The notes beneath the pieces are model-generated. The model searched no databases, had not been told where the DNA came from, and saw only the letters and a list, made by a program, of their open reading frames with translations. Shown here piece by piece: positions 1 through 11,337 of a DNA stretch of 42,935 bases. Every line of letters starts with the position of its first letter. Position 1 is the first letter of the stretch. Source of the DNA: Octopus bimaculoides. Lineage: Eukaryota. The position numbers were made by a program, and so were the translations under genes. The stretch is taken from the NCBI RefSeq assembly GCF_001194135.2, contig NC_068985.1, positions 232,775 through 275,709 on the forward strand, given 5' to 3'.

Positions 1-430
1 ATGACTAAGTTGGCATATGTTGGGGAAACTTTTGTCCTCACCACTGTCTCTGATATTTGTTGGCAGGTATTTTTCTTGAAAATGAAGTTGCTTTGGAAGA
101 TGTATTTTAATTCTTCTGTAATGAATTGTTTATCAATTCAGTCTTGAATTTTATCAGGGAATTTTCTTAGTCAAAACGTTATTACCTCTAGTCCATACTT
201 TTGTAGGATGGTAGTATAAAGATTTACTACATCAAATGAAACGATAATGGTATCCCTGTTAACTTCACTTGGGAGATAATTTAATAGGTCTAGATCACCC
301 CTTATGAAACTTGATATAAATTTTAAGAGGAGTTTTGATAGTATATCAAAGAAGTTGCTAAGTTTGTGAGTCTCACAGGATGGGCCTGTTTCAGTTAGTC
401 TCAATTTGAGGTCCTTCAGAAAGGGTATAT
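1..430 (-). mobile_element. Penelope-like element reverse transcriptase fragment, degenerate; runs off the window start
   Basis: ORF 171-449(-) reads GPSCETHKLSNFFDILSK...IIVSFDVVNLYTTI, matching the PLE RT 'LVSFDVxSLYTNIP' motif. Bases 1-170 continue, with a stop, as ...FIFKKNTCQQISETVVRTKVSPTYANLV, a decayed 'GTAMGTxxAPxYANL' motif. Confidence 0.85.
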
Positions 431-444
431 ATTTTATATTTATA

Positions 445-651
445 AACAAGCATCACCATCATATAAGTGATGTAGTTCAATTCCAGTTTTCAGTGAAATA
501 CATGTCCAGCCACCGGAAGTATTACTTTGTTTGGAAAGAAGTGGGAATTGGTGACAGGAAGAGCATCTGACTAGAAAACCTGCCTCAACAAAATCCGTTT
601 CATTCATATATGGAAAAGTGGGAGTGTGATGATGATGATGATGATGATGAT
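445..651 (+). mobile_element. 3' part of a SINE/LINE-tail element ending in (GAT)n
   Basis: ggtgacaggaagagcatc...aacctgcctcaacaaaatcc...atggaaaagtgg followed by (gat)n, similar to 4600-4720 and the other tail copies. Confidence 0.6.
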
Positions 652-1289
652 ACATATACGAACGCAGATATATACTTGTGTGTATGTGTTTGAGTGTTTT
701 ATAAACATAGTAACTTAGCAGATTCCTAGCTGTTACTCAGCAAGGTAAAATAGTTAACTTTGTTGATATTTGAATAAAGCAATTAAGTTATTTGTCTGAA
801 ATAAAATAAGATGTTTCATCTGAACATAAAACTTGAGTTATAAAGAATCCAATTGGTTACTATATGAAAAACAAAATATAACTCTCAGATAAATTTTATG
901 CCTTCAATTGCTGATTCTTAACAATAAATTAACAGTTTATAGATGTGTGTGCATATCAATGTATACAGTATTATAGATCCATTGCAGCCCATCTTACTGA
1001 CTGGTTTTACACTGGGTATTAGATATTAGATAACAGCATGGTTAAGTAATACCACATGAAAAAAAAAATTCAATTGACTAATATAGAACTACACACACAC
1101 ATTGTTGTGGCAACCACTGTGAAATGTAACATTTGTCACTCATGATCACTTCTAGAGTGATTTCAGTTTGTCATACTGTGAAGTATATTGTCTTTTTAAC
1201 CATGTCTTTAAAGGGTTTTTTTTACCAGATTTTTATCTGGTAAAAACTGCTGCAGCTTCAGGTGTGTATAACGTATATGGATAAGGATA

Positions 1290-1575
1290 GGTACTCATTT
1301 CAACGGTGGGGATCTGGGTAGGATCGTAATGCAGCTTTAAGTTGATGGTGGAATCTTTCTACCATACCATTAGATGCAGGATGGAAGCTGGTTCTGTGGA
1401 TATGCTTCACACCTAAAATTTTTAGAAAGTTCTGTGAAAAGTTGCGACTTGAACTGTCTTCCACGATCAGTAGGGATCCTGAAAGGAACACCAAAATGTG
1501 AGATCCAAGTTGAAACTAGAGCTTGGGAAACTGACTGGGCAGAAATATCACAGAAATGAACAGCTTCAGGCAAAC
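1290..1575 (-). mobile_element. Ty3/Gypsy LTR-retrotransposon integrase core (rve) fragment, frameshifted
   Basis: Overlapping ORFs 1370-1573 and 1300-1494 give PEAVHFCDISAQSVSQALVSTWISHFGVPFRIPTDRGRQF...GVKHIHRTSFHPASNGMVERFHHQLKAAL, containing the second D and the E of the DDE triad. No LTRs are visible. Confidence 0.9.
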
Positions 1576-3375
1576 ATGAAAATCAGTCTATACATGTATG
1601 AATGAAGCTGAAACCGTGACAAGCAGGCCGAGGACTGACCAGGTCTATGTGAATATGCTTAAAATGAGTGCCTGGATGTTCAAAAAGGCCACGGGGTTAA
1701 TGAATATGCTTGTGTATCTTAGAATGCTGGCATTGTAAACAGGAGTGAGACCATGCAGTAATATGTCAACACATATTTGGCCAGAAAAACTGAGCTGATA
1801 TAAGCTTTATTGAGGCAGCAACTCCAGGATGAGATAACGAATGCAAAGCATTCAAAAACCAGTCTTTGGTGACATTCTGGAACTAGCGGACATGCAGAAC
1901 CAGTTGAAATATTGCACAATATGGTCTGGTCTGCAGGCGGTACTGGAAGATATTCAATTTGCAGCTGGTGAATTCTTCAGATGTGGCATCCAACGAAGTG
2001 AAAACAGGCTGGTCAGCAGCCAAAGCAGATAAATTGATTTCAGAAGCAGATGATAAGGAGCAGGGTGAAAGGTAAGTTGTATGATGCAGTTGTACAAACA
2101 GATGCACTTTCATGGATTTTGAATTATGAAGACAAGTAAAGTCTAGAAGACTAGAAATGTTACTCTGAGTTTCACACATATGATTAATAAGACAGAGAGA
2201 GATAGATGCCTGCAGAACACTGAGAAATTATTATTATTGGTATGTGTTGCAAACGTTTGCAGACCAAAGCTGGATATACTGTCTGTAGTCATCAGCATGG
2301 ATGATTATAGCTCATGGCTTCATATAGACTTGACTGTTCAAATAACTGGAACTTTACCAGGAGATATATCCACCAATTCTGACAGATAGTATTTAGGAAC
2401 TTCTGTTGAAGAGTATAGGTATCTATCTCAATATTTTGAGCTTTTTAGCTAGGCAAAATCTACAGCTACGAGATCTCTTGGAATACTGGATAGCTCTATT
2501 AATAATGTACGTTTGGTTCCTTAGCATCTGATTTTCCAGATACATGCAAAGAGGAGTGGAATTTATAGTGTTCCATGAATTAAACGGATAAAGATGCTTA
2601 TGAAAGTGTTTGTAGAGAGCTTTGCATAATACTTTTCAATTTCGTACGGCAGTGTTATACATGCTCAATATACAACACCTTTGGAAAAACAGAATCCCCC
2701 AAGTGGTCAAGGAACAGCATTTTGAAAAGTTTCAAGTTGATTGTGGACTGGGGACAGTGTAGATATGTTGGTGAGTTTTGATTGTAGTATGTGATCTGGG
2801 CAAGAATGTTGTTCAGGTAACTTATAAAATATATCTCTGTCCAAGAAGAGATTAGAGACTCTCTTGCTTATACTTGTTACCAGGTTCTTAATTATGGTTC
2901 ATTGTTGATTGGAATTCTTGTGACTGTATATTGCTTGCATTCCTGGCTCTCTGTAAGGGTAATGTTTTTTTTTTTTAACTGAACTAAAAGGAATTATACA
3001 AATGGTTTCAACAGTTGTTTTCATTAACACTTTTCTCATTTGGGTTAGTGGACATGAAACATTCCAGTTTTCTATCCTATCATGCACACTATTTAAATTC
3101 CTATTCTAAAGTTGCACTACGTATATTAGTTACTAAGTTTTATATGAGACAAGTATTTTTATACACCAACCATAGAAAAAGGGGAAAAAGGTTAAAATTA
3201 TCTATTTTCCTTAGAGGAGATTAGAAGATGGTGTCATTACACACATATATAGATATGTGTGTGCATGGAAACACCCTCTTTCTGGTGACCTCTTATACAG
3301 CCCCAAAATAGCTGGACTAACATACCTCAAAGATCTAGATGTGAAATGCTCAGCATACCAAAAAAAAAAAAAAAA

Positions 3376-4110
3376 TGGTTGTATTTCCTGAAGACTTGAA
3401 GAAGACCTATCAATATGAAGTAAAGTCTCTCTTGGACTCAAGACTGCTACCTTACATTGAACTTCAAAGGCTATGCATTTACAATCCAAGAACAAGAGAT
3501 TGCTATGAAATATCTAATCAACAAAAGAAACAGTGTGAACCCTTTTCAGTTCCAAGATGCAAATAAAAATGTAGAGTATGTCATATTTTCTGTGGAAGAC
3601 ATGACACATGTGATTAGCAGTTGCTCAAAATTGTCATCAAGTTATTACTTTCTTATGCAAAAACAATATACCATATCATTGAGACAGAAGACTGTCCTAG
3701 AATAAACATTGAGAATTCACTCATTTTACTGAAAACATACACAAACATGAATAGAAGAAATACTGGTGGAACATTACCATCAAAACATCTGTCAAGTTTA
3801 AACATAGCAGGTCAGATATTGTTGTTTGGAACAGAAAAAGAAAAAATATGTAACATCATAGAGGTCAGCTTTCCTGCTCTTGTGAATAATATCTCTTTGA
3901 AAATCAGATGGAAAGTGGATAGCTATGGACGACTTTATTTGAAATCTCCAGCTTCTATATCTAAATTATCGATTCACATTTATACCAGTAATAATTGTAA
4001 CACTTGATTTTGTGAGTAAATGCCTGAGTCACAATAAGATAAGCTTGGATTTTCGATGAAAGTAATCAATCAAACTAACTTGCACATTACAAATACAATC
4101 TGTTGGCGGA
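3376..4110 (+). mobile_element. RLE-type non-LTR retrotransposon C-terminus (CCHC zinc knuckle plus restriction-like endonuclease), decayed
   Basis: Frame-hopping translation gives YAFTIQEQEIAMKYLINKR...KCRVCH.SVEDMTHVISSCSK (CCHC), then RSDIVVW...CNIIEVSFPA (PD-(D/E)xK-like) and LQLLYLNYRFTFIPVIIV, the typical R4/NeSL/Hero-like layout. Confidence 0.85.
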
Positions 4111-4251
4111 ACAGTAAAAATATGCAAGACTTTTCCTGAGTTTCAACTGTGACGTTGTATTTGTTATCTACATTCCAATGAGGGAGCTTTGTATCTTTAT
4201 TAGGAACCAGCTCCTTCCTCAGAGGAAGAATTTTAAATAATTAAAAACAGA

Positions 4252-4302
<51 letters not shown>

Positions 4303-4305
<3 letters not shown>

Positions 4306-4460
4306 TGTGAGCATGGCTGTGTGGTTAAGAGTCCTTCCTAACTACATAGTTTTGAGTACAGCACTTAAGCATGGCACCATGGGCAAGTGTCTTCTACTAT
4401 AACCCCAGGCAAATCAAAACCTTGTGAGTGAATTTGGTAGATGGAAATTGAAGCCTGTTG

Positions 4461-4506
<46 letters not shown>

Positions 4507-4725
4507 CTTGTCTTGATATAGTATGACAACTGTAAGCAAGTGTCATCATTAAAAAAAAGTGGTGTTCTTTGTATCTTCTGTGTAAAAATTTTTGGTCAAG
4601 TGGAGGTATTAGCTTGTTTGGAAACAGGTGAAGGTTGTGACAGAAAGGGCATCCAACCATGGAAAATCTACCTCAATGAATCCCATCTGACTCATGTGAG
4701 TACCAAAATGTGGACATGAGTTGCT
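4303..4725 (+). mobile_element. SINE family 1 (tRNA-like head, internal (GT)n, LINE-like tail)
   Basis: catggctgtgtggttaag...ggcaccatgggcaagtgtcttctactata...ccttgtgagtgaatttggtag; homologous copies at 7530-7815(-) and 37245-37505(+). Confidence 0.75.
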
Positions 4726-5590
4726 TAAAAGCAGGTTTAGGAAAGTGGACCTGATGTCTTGAAGCCTTCCCAAACTTGTAAGAATGATGCAGTTAATGTC
4801 CAAATTTATTGGATAAATATTCAGTGAAGGATTCCACCTTAACTGAATAGTTATTTACCAGAGAAGGCATGTTCAGTTTTTGTATATAGCTGTAATTTAT
4901 TTTTTTGTCTAGCTTCTTCGTAAGAGCATAACTTAAAAGATCAGATTGTAAGTGTAAATTTAGTTATATTTTTCATTTTCTTCCTGAGATATTTTATTGT
5001 CACTTGGACGGAATTTATTAAGGAAAAAAAGGATGCATGTGTGAGACATGAGAATCTTAAATGAAATTAATACTTGGTAGTCTGCTTCCAGTGGATGATG
5101 TCTTTCTTATCAAGCAATGATGTTATTCATAAGAATCTGACAATTTTATTAAGTAATTATTTCTATCAAGCCATGTTATGTCCAATGGAGAACTGTTGGT
5201 TACAAATCTGATTCAATATGAAACACGAGAATAATGGAAATTTTAGTTAATTAGACATTCCTTTAACAAAATAAAATGTTAATAATCCAATAATACAGTC
5301 TGTTGGCACCATTATTGACCTTCAATAGATTTGCTGCTTCAATATTCAATTGTTTTCATCACTCACATCTCTTGATGGAACCACAATGCTGTTACCATTT
5401 CTACTAACAATTCTATCAAGTAACTCTTCAGGTAGTTACTTTTTTTCACACTTTCTAGAATTTCTTCAACTGTCTTGAATTACAGCTTGTATTTCAAATG
5501 ATCTACAATAGTTAATTTGATCAATCATATCTTTTGCAGTTTTGTCAGCTCATAGAATAAACAGAGTTTAATATAACTGTGACTATTGTA

Positions 5591-5790
5591 AGGCAGCGAG
5601 CGAGTAGAATCATTAGCACACACTGCGCAAAATGCCTATAGCAGTGTTTCTGAGTTCAAATTCCACTGAGGTCAGCTTTGCCTTTCATCCTTTCAGGATC
5701 AATAAAATAAGTACCAGTTGAATACTGGGGATGATGTAATTGACTTTTCCTCTTCCTTGAAATTACTGGCATTGTGCCAAACTTTGAAAC
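5591..5790 (+). mobile_element. SINE family 2
   Basis: ctgagttcaaattcc...ctttgcctttcatcc...ataaaataagtaccagttg...ttgtgccaaa.tttgaaac; shared with 13362-13540(-), 24712-24790(-) and 27346-27549(+). Confidence 0.8.
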
Positions 5791-6769
5791 CCCACATAAC
5801 AGGGACTACAAATACTTCAGCCTTTTAAACTGTCAATAGAGAAACAATGAAGAAGTTTTGTTTATGAATTGTAAGGATCACCAGAAGTGTTGATCCTACT
5901 ATTTTACTGACATATTTATGCGGAGTTAAGAGCGGTCACTCATAAAGACATTAGAGTCCAAGTTTGAATCATTTGTGTGCTACTATGTGTTTTCCATACC
6001 AAGAATCTTTGCATCTCATCTCTTGACTATATACCGACATATTTATACATTTTAGTGTATGAAAAGATGTTGGTTGAATGATTAAGTTATTGAACAAAAA
6101 AATTCAAATGTTGAAAGTTCAAAACAGTATAAGTAGTTAAAGCAATGTTTAACTTGAAATTTTTGCCTGCTAATATTTGATAAGAAGACATAAAAAGGTT
6201 CAAGTTCAGTTTATGCAAAGTCGGTTAAAAGAAGATTGTCTTTATTTGACTAAAGGATAGGAAACTCTTATGAATTTTATGGTTTCTGACTAAACTGAGT
6301 GTGGAACTTCATGTTGGAATAACAGCTATATTTGGTTTAAAGAAACAGAATGTGGCGAGAGAAAAGCTAATCTTTTTTTTCAGGAAGATTTGACTTCTCT
6401 TTCTAATAAATTGACCAACCATTTATTTTTAACTTTTGTGACCAGTGGAAATGTGTTTTGTTAAAATATTTTACTATTTTATAACTTACAATCATGCTTT
6501 TATTTACCTATTTACTAATTTCACTATAAACGTTAAAATGTTATTTAAAAACGAAAAGATGGGGAGATGATTTTAGCTAAGTTATTACAATATTAAGTTG
6601 GAAAAGTTTGTTAAAAGGCAGTGTTTTAGATAAGTATAAATCAAAGCATGACAAGTGAAAATACTGAATTGTCTTGGTGAAAAATGATCTGTTGCCAATG
6701 TGTAAATATTACAGGTCATCAAGTGTAAATACGTAACAGGTCTGATGCTCCAGTTTTCCTATTTTATAG

Positions 6770-6818
6770 ACACAAATATGCAATCATTTTGAATGATACC
6801 TCATTAAATACTGACGAG
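6770..6818 (+). CDS. Candidate small exon (HKYAIILNDTSLNTDE), host gene unidentified
   Basis: Acceptor ttttcctattttatag, donor gag|gtataa, one open frame. No homology recognised. Confidence 0.15.
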
Positions 6819-7529
6819 GTATAATTACTAAGAGTATCTACATGACAACAGAGTTAAGTGTGGGTTAACATGCTTTATGAAGTCAAAATTGTTGAATTAT
6901 TTAAAATTTCATCTGTAGCGAGGGGTGAAAAAGTGTTTAGATTTAATGATTTAATTCTGGTGAAGAAAGCAAGAAAAAAAAATCAGAAATTTAAATTTAG
7001 GTGAATGTAATGTGAAGTGGTTCTAATCTTAGGCAAGTATAGTGACAATTCTGGATATAGTTGGGTTAGTGAAGCAAGTCACTCACTAAGTCTAATAAGA
7101 TCAAATTATGTCCAGAGTTTTCACTCCATTTATTACAATTGCTAGATACCAGGTGACTGATAGATATAAAGAATTTTAATATGTATCGCATCTTCATTTA
7201 TAGTAAAGACATTGATAAATAAACTACAAATATAAAAGCATCTCTCTATCTTTCTCTCTCTCTCATTCTCTCTTTTATAGGCTTCTACTTGGCCAGCTTC
7301 TGTCAACCACCCTACCCATGCATGCATGGAAGATGAATGTTAAACGATGATGATGATGATATATATATATATATATTATTATATATATATACACATAGAT
7401 AAATAGATAGATAGATAGAAAGGTAGGTAAATAGATAGATAAGTAGGTAGGTAGATAGGTAGGTAGATAGAAAAATAGGTAGATAGATAGAAAGATAGAT
7501 AATTGTTTTTATCATCACTTTTTCTCCCA

Positions 7530-7815
7530 CTCACATAGGTCAGACAAAATTTGATGAAGTAGATTTTCTATGACTAGATATTGTTGCCAAGCTGCACAAC
7601 ATCACTTGTATGTTGGTGATACTTGTTTACAACCATCATATGGTGTCGAGACAAGGATGCACACATACACATCTGACAGGCTTCTTTCAGTTTCTGCCTA
7701 CCCAATCCACTTGCAAGACATTGGTAAACATAGGATAATGGTAGAAGAGACTATTTCACGGTACCATATCCTAAAATCAAGCTACAAACCCATGTTTGTG
7801 AAATGAATTTCTCAA
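7530..7815 (-). mobile_element. SINE family 1 copy, diverged
   Basis: Reverse complement of the 4303-4725 family: ggcttctttcagtttctgcctacccaatccacttgcaag...ggtagaagagac. Confidence 0.65.
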
Positions 7816-7844
7816 AAAAACAACAATAAATATTTGTACTGCTC

Positions 7845-8075
7845 TTCCTTATTCTGTTACATCTACTTTCCAGGCTGGAATGAGTGGATGGGTCAATGCG
7901 GTCTGAGTCAGTTCTTATTCAGATCTACCGTTCCTCCTCCTCCACTCGTAGATGAGTTAGAGGACCATATCTCAATTGTACATTTCTCTTTTCAACAGCT
8001 CGATGCTCTTCCTGTCACTAACCACTCTACAGAGTGTACTCGGTGCATTTTATCATGTTGCCAGCACTAGGAGGT
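7845..8075 (-). mobile_element. Diverged RTE-tail/SINE fragment
   Basis: ctttccaggctgg...atgctcttcctgtcactaaccactctacagagtgtact resembles the reverse complement of the RTE 3' UTR at 17510-17660. Confidence 0.5.
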
Positions 8076-8616
8076 TGTCGTGTTCTTAATGATCTAAACT
8101 CTATGTTGTTCCAACTCATTTGTCAACCATGCTGTGAAGTGTGTTGAGTGCATTTCATGGTGACACTAATGAAGCAGTCTTCAGCTCTCTTGGTAAAATG
8201 TCTGAGAATGTGAATTAATGAGAAACTGGTGGCAGAGGAGGAACGGGGGTGGGTGGGGGTGAGTGATGGATAGTCTTAATATGGAGGCAGTTGATGGTAA
8301 ATAGGGTGAAAAGTGGTAAATGGTAAAAGTGAATAATGACTGACAATAATAACTCAGGGAAAATGATTGATGGAATGTCAAAGGTTATGCTTTCTTTAAG
8401 TGACACCAGCAGAATATATCAAATATAGAGGGATGGTTGTTTAGAAAGAAGGTGAATGATGGTGACTGAGTGATGGAAGGATGAGTGACTGAGAGATAAG
8501 AGTGTATCAAAGAAAGTGAAAGATTTGATAAGAACATATTTGATGAGAAACTCAACTATGTACATGTGCAAACACACACATACATAAATACATACATATA
8601 TTATACATATACATTT

Positions 8617-8845
8617 GTGATGTGGTGCCAAGAAGTTCCTCACTTTTAGGGTATTATGAAAGACCTGGTTGGAGGCCCAAACTTCTGAGTTCTTTTACAG
8701 GGCTTAGGAAAACTGAAGGACCACTGCGAAAAGTGTGTAAATCTGAGAGGCGGGGGGAAGGGATTTGCTGAATGAAATCATGATTAACTGATCTTCCTCT
8801 ATTTTCTTTTATGTAAAACCAGGAACTTTTCAGTAGCCCTTTGTA
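8617..8845 (+). mobile_element. Mariner-derived MITE, ~230 bp with TIRs
   Basis: Left end tgatgtggtgccaagaagttcctcacttt and right end aaaccaggaacttttcagtagccctttgta are imperfect TIRs ending in TA. The interior encodes the mariner-like C-terminal motif FLQGLGKLKDHCEKCVNLRG. A second copy is split at 15926-15983 and 17670-17797. Confidence 0.75.
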
Positions 8846-8870
8846 TATACATACATACATATATATATAT

Positions 8871-8961
8871 GACTGAGGACCGGTTTCACCAGTCCTCAGT
8901 CAAATCGTCCAACCCATGCTAGCATGGAAAGCGGACGTTAAATGACGATGATGATGATGAT
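8871..8961 (+). mobile_element. 5'-truncated (GAT)n-tailed retroelement tail with a short 5' inversion
   Basis: 8881-8960 is nearly identical to 11494-11570; 8871-8880 (gactgaggac) is the reverse complement of 8892-8901. Confidence 0.8.
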
Positions 8962-9434
8962 ATATATATATATATGTATATATACATGTGTTTATATACA
9001 AACATGCATGTACAAATACACCTACACATAAGTGCACATGCACACACATTATGCCATCAAGTTTCCATTACTCTCCCCATTTTCCAAAGGTCTTCTCTTG
9101 TAACATCTATCGACAATGAATGCAGTTGTTTGTCATCTTTTCCATGAAGCTAAGAGGAACAAATGGTGCTTTTCTATATTCTATCTTGAGATAAGATTAA
9201 AACCATTCTTGATTTTCTGATTTAATGTTTGTATTAGAATGAAATAATAAAATTAATCTCTCCTTCAGCTGACTTATATTACTATAGATTATTTACGAAT
9301 AGCCCCAAGTATATTACACTTAAAATTTTCAACGATCACTTAATTAGCCTACTACATTACAGGTTTGTTCTGCCTGCCTGCCTGCCTGTCTGTCTATAAA
9401 TATACTATATACATACAAACATATATGAGTAGAA

Positions 9435-9896
9435 TTTAGGTTTGTTAAAATATGTTTGTCACATATTTCAATTGCTAAAGGGCAAATCCACTGCAGTTAC
9501 CATAGAGAAAAAAATCTCTCTTATGGTAAAAAGGTGTGAAAACACCCAGTTTGTTCAGTGTTGCCATCTGTTAGAAGTCCCAGACATTGATGTTTGAGTT
9601 TTTTGACTCTTGTCAATGAGATGTACCTAAGAGAGACAACTCTGAACAGACGGAATAAAGCTGTAGCTTTATGTATAATTCGTTCAGAGTTGCTTCTCTC
9701 AGGTACATCTCACTGACAAAACGAGTTAAAAAACTCGAAACATTGATGTCTGAGATTCCTAACAGATCGTGGCGCTCAACAAACTGGGTGTTTTCACAGC
9801 TTCTTAGCATAAGAGAGATTCTTTTCCACAGTAACTGCAGAGTATTTGTCTTTTAGCAGTTGAAGTATGTCACAGCCATATTTTAAATAACCTAAA
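9435..9896. repeat. Long imperfect palindrome / foldback, arms ~230 bp, 2-bp spacer
   Basis: Centre aaagct-gt-agcttt (9655-9668). ctgcagttac (9491) pairs with gtaactgcag (9831), aaaacacccagtttgtt with aacaaactgggtgtttt, and the outer tttagg with cctaaa. Confidence 0.9.
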
Positions 9897-10114
9897 CAAG
9901 CTTTGCACCATTGCTTTGTTACAAACATATATATATATTTTTCTCACACTGTATTTTTTCAATCTCTCTGTTTTTTGCCCCCTCAATCCTTTCTATCAAA
10001 GAGCGTAGGCTCGAAATGCCAAAGATTTTTTTATTCTTACTGAGTGTTAAACTGTTACACCTGCTTGTTGTTTCTTCACCTGTCTTCATCTTTTGTTTTA
10101 TGTAAATTCGAACA

Positions 10115-10154
<40 letters not shown>

Positions 10155-10751
10155 CTTGTATTTATATGTACATTTTTCATCTTCTTTGTTATTATAACTT
10201 TTCTGAAAAGATCAGCCATCAACCTATTGACATAAATAATTAGCAACATTTTACAGCTGGAGACTCATCCTGATGTCAACCGTTGTGGAATAAGTGTGGT
10301 ATCAGTATATAATCTTGATGATTTTGTTAAATCAATATAAATCAGGAGAAAGATAATTAGCTTCCAAGATACTTAAACAGCAAATTAGAAAAATAAAAAT
10401 ATAGAAAAACCTAGATTGAAAAAAAAATCTATCATTTACAGAGAACACTTGTAGTGAGATAAGGACTAGCGAACAACAACCGAAGAAGAAAAGGTAATGT
10501 TTCATTAAATGAATGTTATGAGACTTTTTAAATGATGCTAAAATTGTTTTTTAAATTATAGGACCTTCATTATGAAATTATCCGTTTATGGCACTCAATA
10601 AATCAACTGGAAAACATTTATTTTATATCTTTGGAAAACATTATAAAAACTCAAAGAAGTTTTGTGGGTGTGTCTATGTACACGTGTACGTATGTGTGCA
10701 TGCATATATGTATGTGTGTGTGCGTGCACATATGTATATGTACATACATAT

Positions 10752-10865
10752 ATCATCATCATTTAACATCTGCTTTCCAGGCTGGCATGGGTTGGATGGT
10801 TTGACTGAACCTGGTAAGCCTGAGAGCTGCACCAGGTTCCAGTCTGACTTCTATATATGGCATAG
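10752..10865 (-). mobile_element. (GAT)n-tailed retroelement tail
   Basis: atcatcatcatttaacatctgctttccaggctggcatgggttggatgg is the reverse complement of the family tail. Confidence 0.75.
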
Positions 10866-10883
10866 TTTCTCTCTCTTTCTCTT

Positions 10884-10932
<49 letters not shown>
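10865..10932. repeat. (CT)n microsatellite running into an assembly gap
   Basis: Direct inspection. Confidence 0.95.
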
Positions 10933-11337
10933 NNNNNNNNNNNNNNNNNNNNNNNNNNNNNNNNNNNNNNNNNNNNNNNNNNNNNNNNNNNNNNNNNNNN
11001 NNNNNNNNNNNNNNNNNNNNNNNNNNNNNNNNNNNNNNNNNNNNNNNNNNNNNNNNNNNNNNNNNNNNNNNNNNNNNNNNNNNNNNNNNNNNNNNNNNNN
11101 NNNNNNNNNNNNNNNNNNNNNNNNNNNNNNNNNNNNNNNNNNNNNNNNNNNNNNNNNNNNNNNNNNNNNNNNNNNNNNNNNNNNNNNNNNNNNNNNNNNN
11201 NNNNNNNNNNNNNNNNNNNNNNNNNNNNNNNNNNNNNNNNNNNNNNNNNNNNNNNNNNNNNNNNNNNNNNNNNNNNNNNNNNNNNNNNNNNNNNNNNNNN
11301 NNNNNNNNNNNNNNNNNNNNNNNNNNNNNNNNNNNNN
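10933..11337. other. Assembly gap (N run)
   Basis: Run of N; the ORFs crossing it are artefacts. Confidence 1.

Noticed and set aside
9613-9856. Overlapping sense and antisense ORFs of 61-65 aa
   Set aside because: They are short, have no recognisable motif, and lie within the palindrome.
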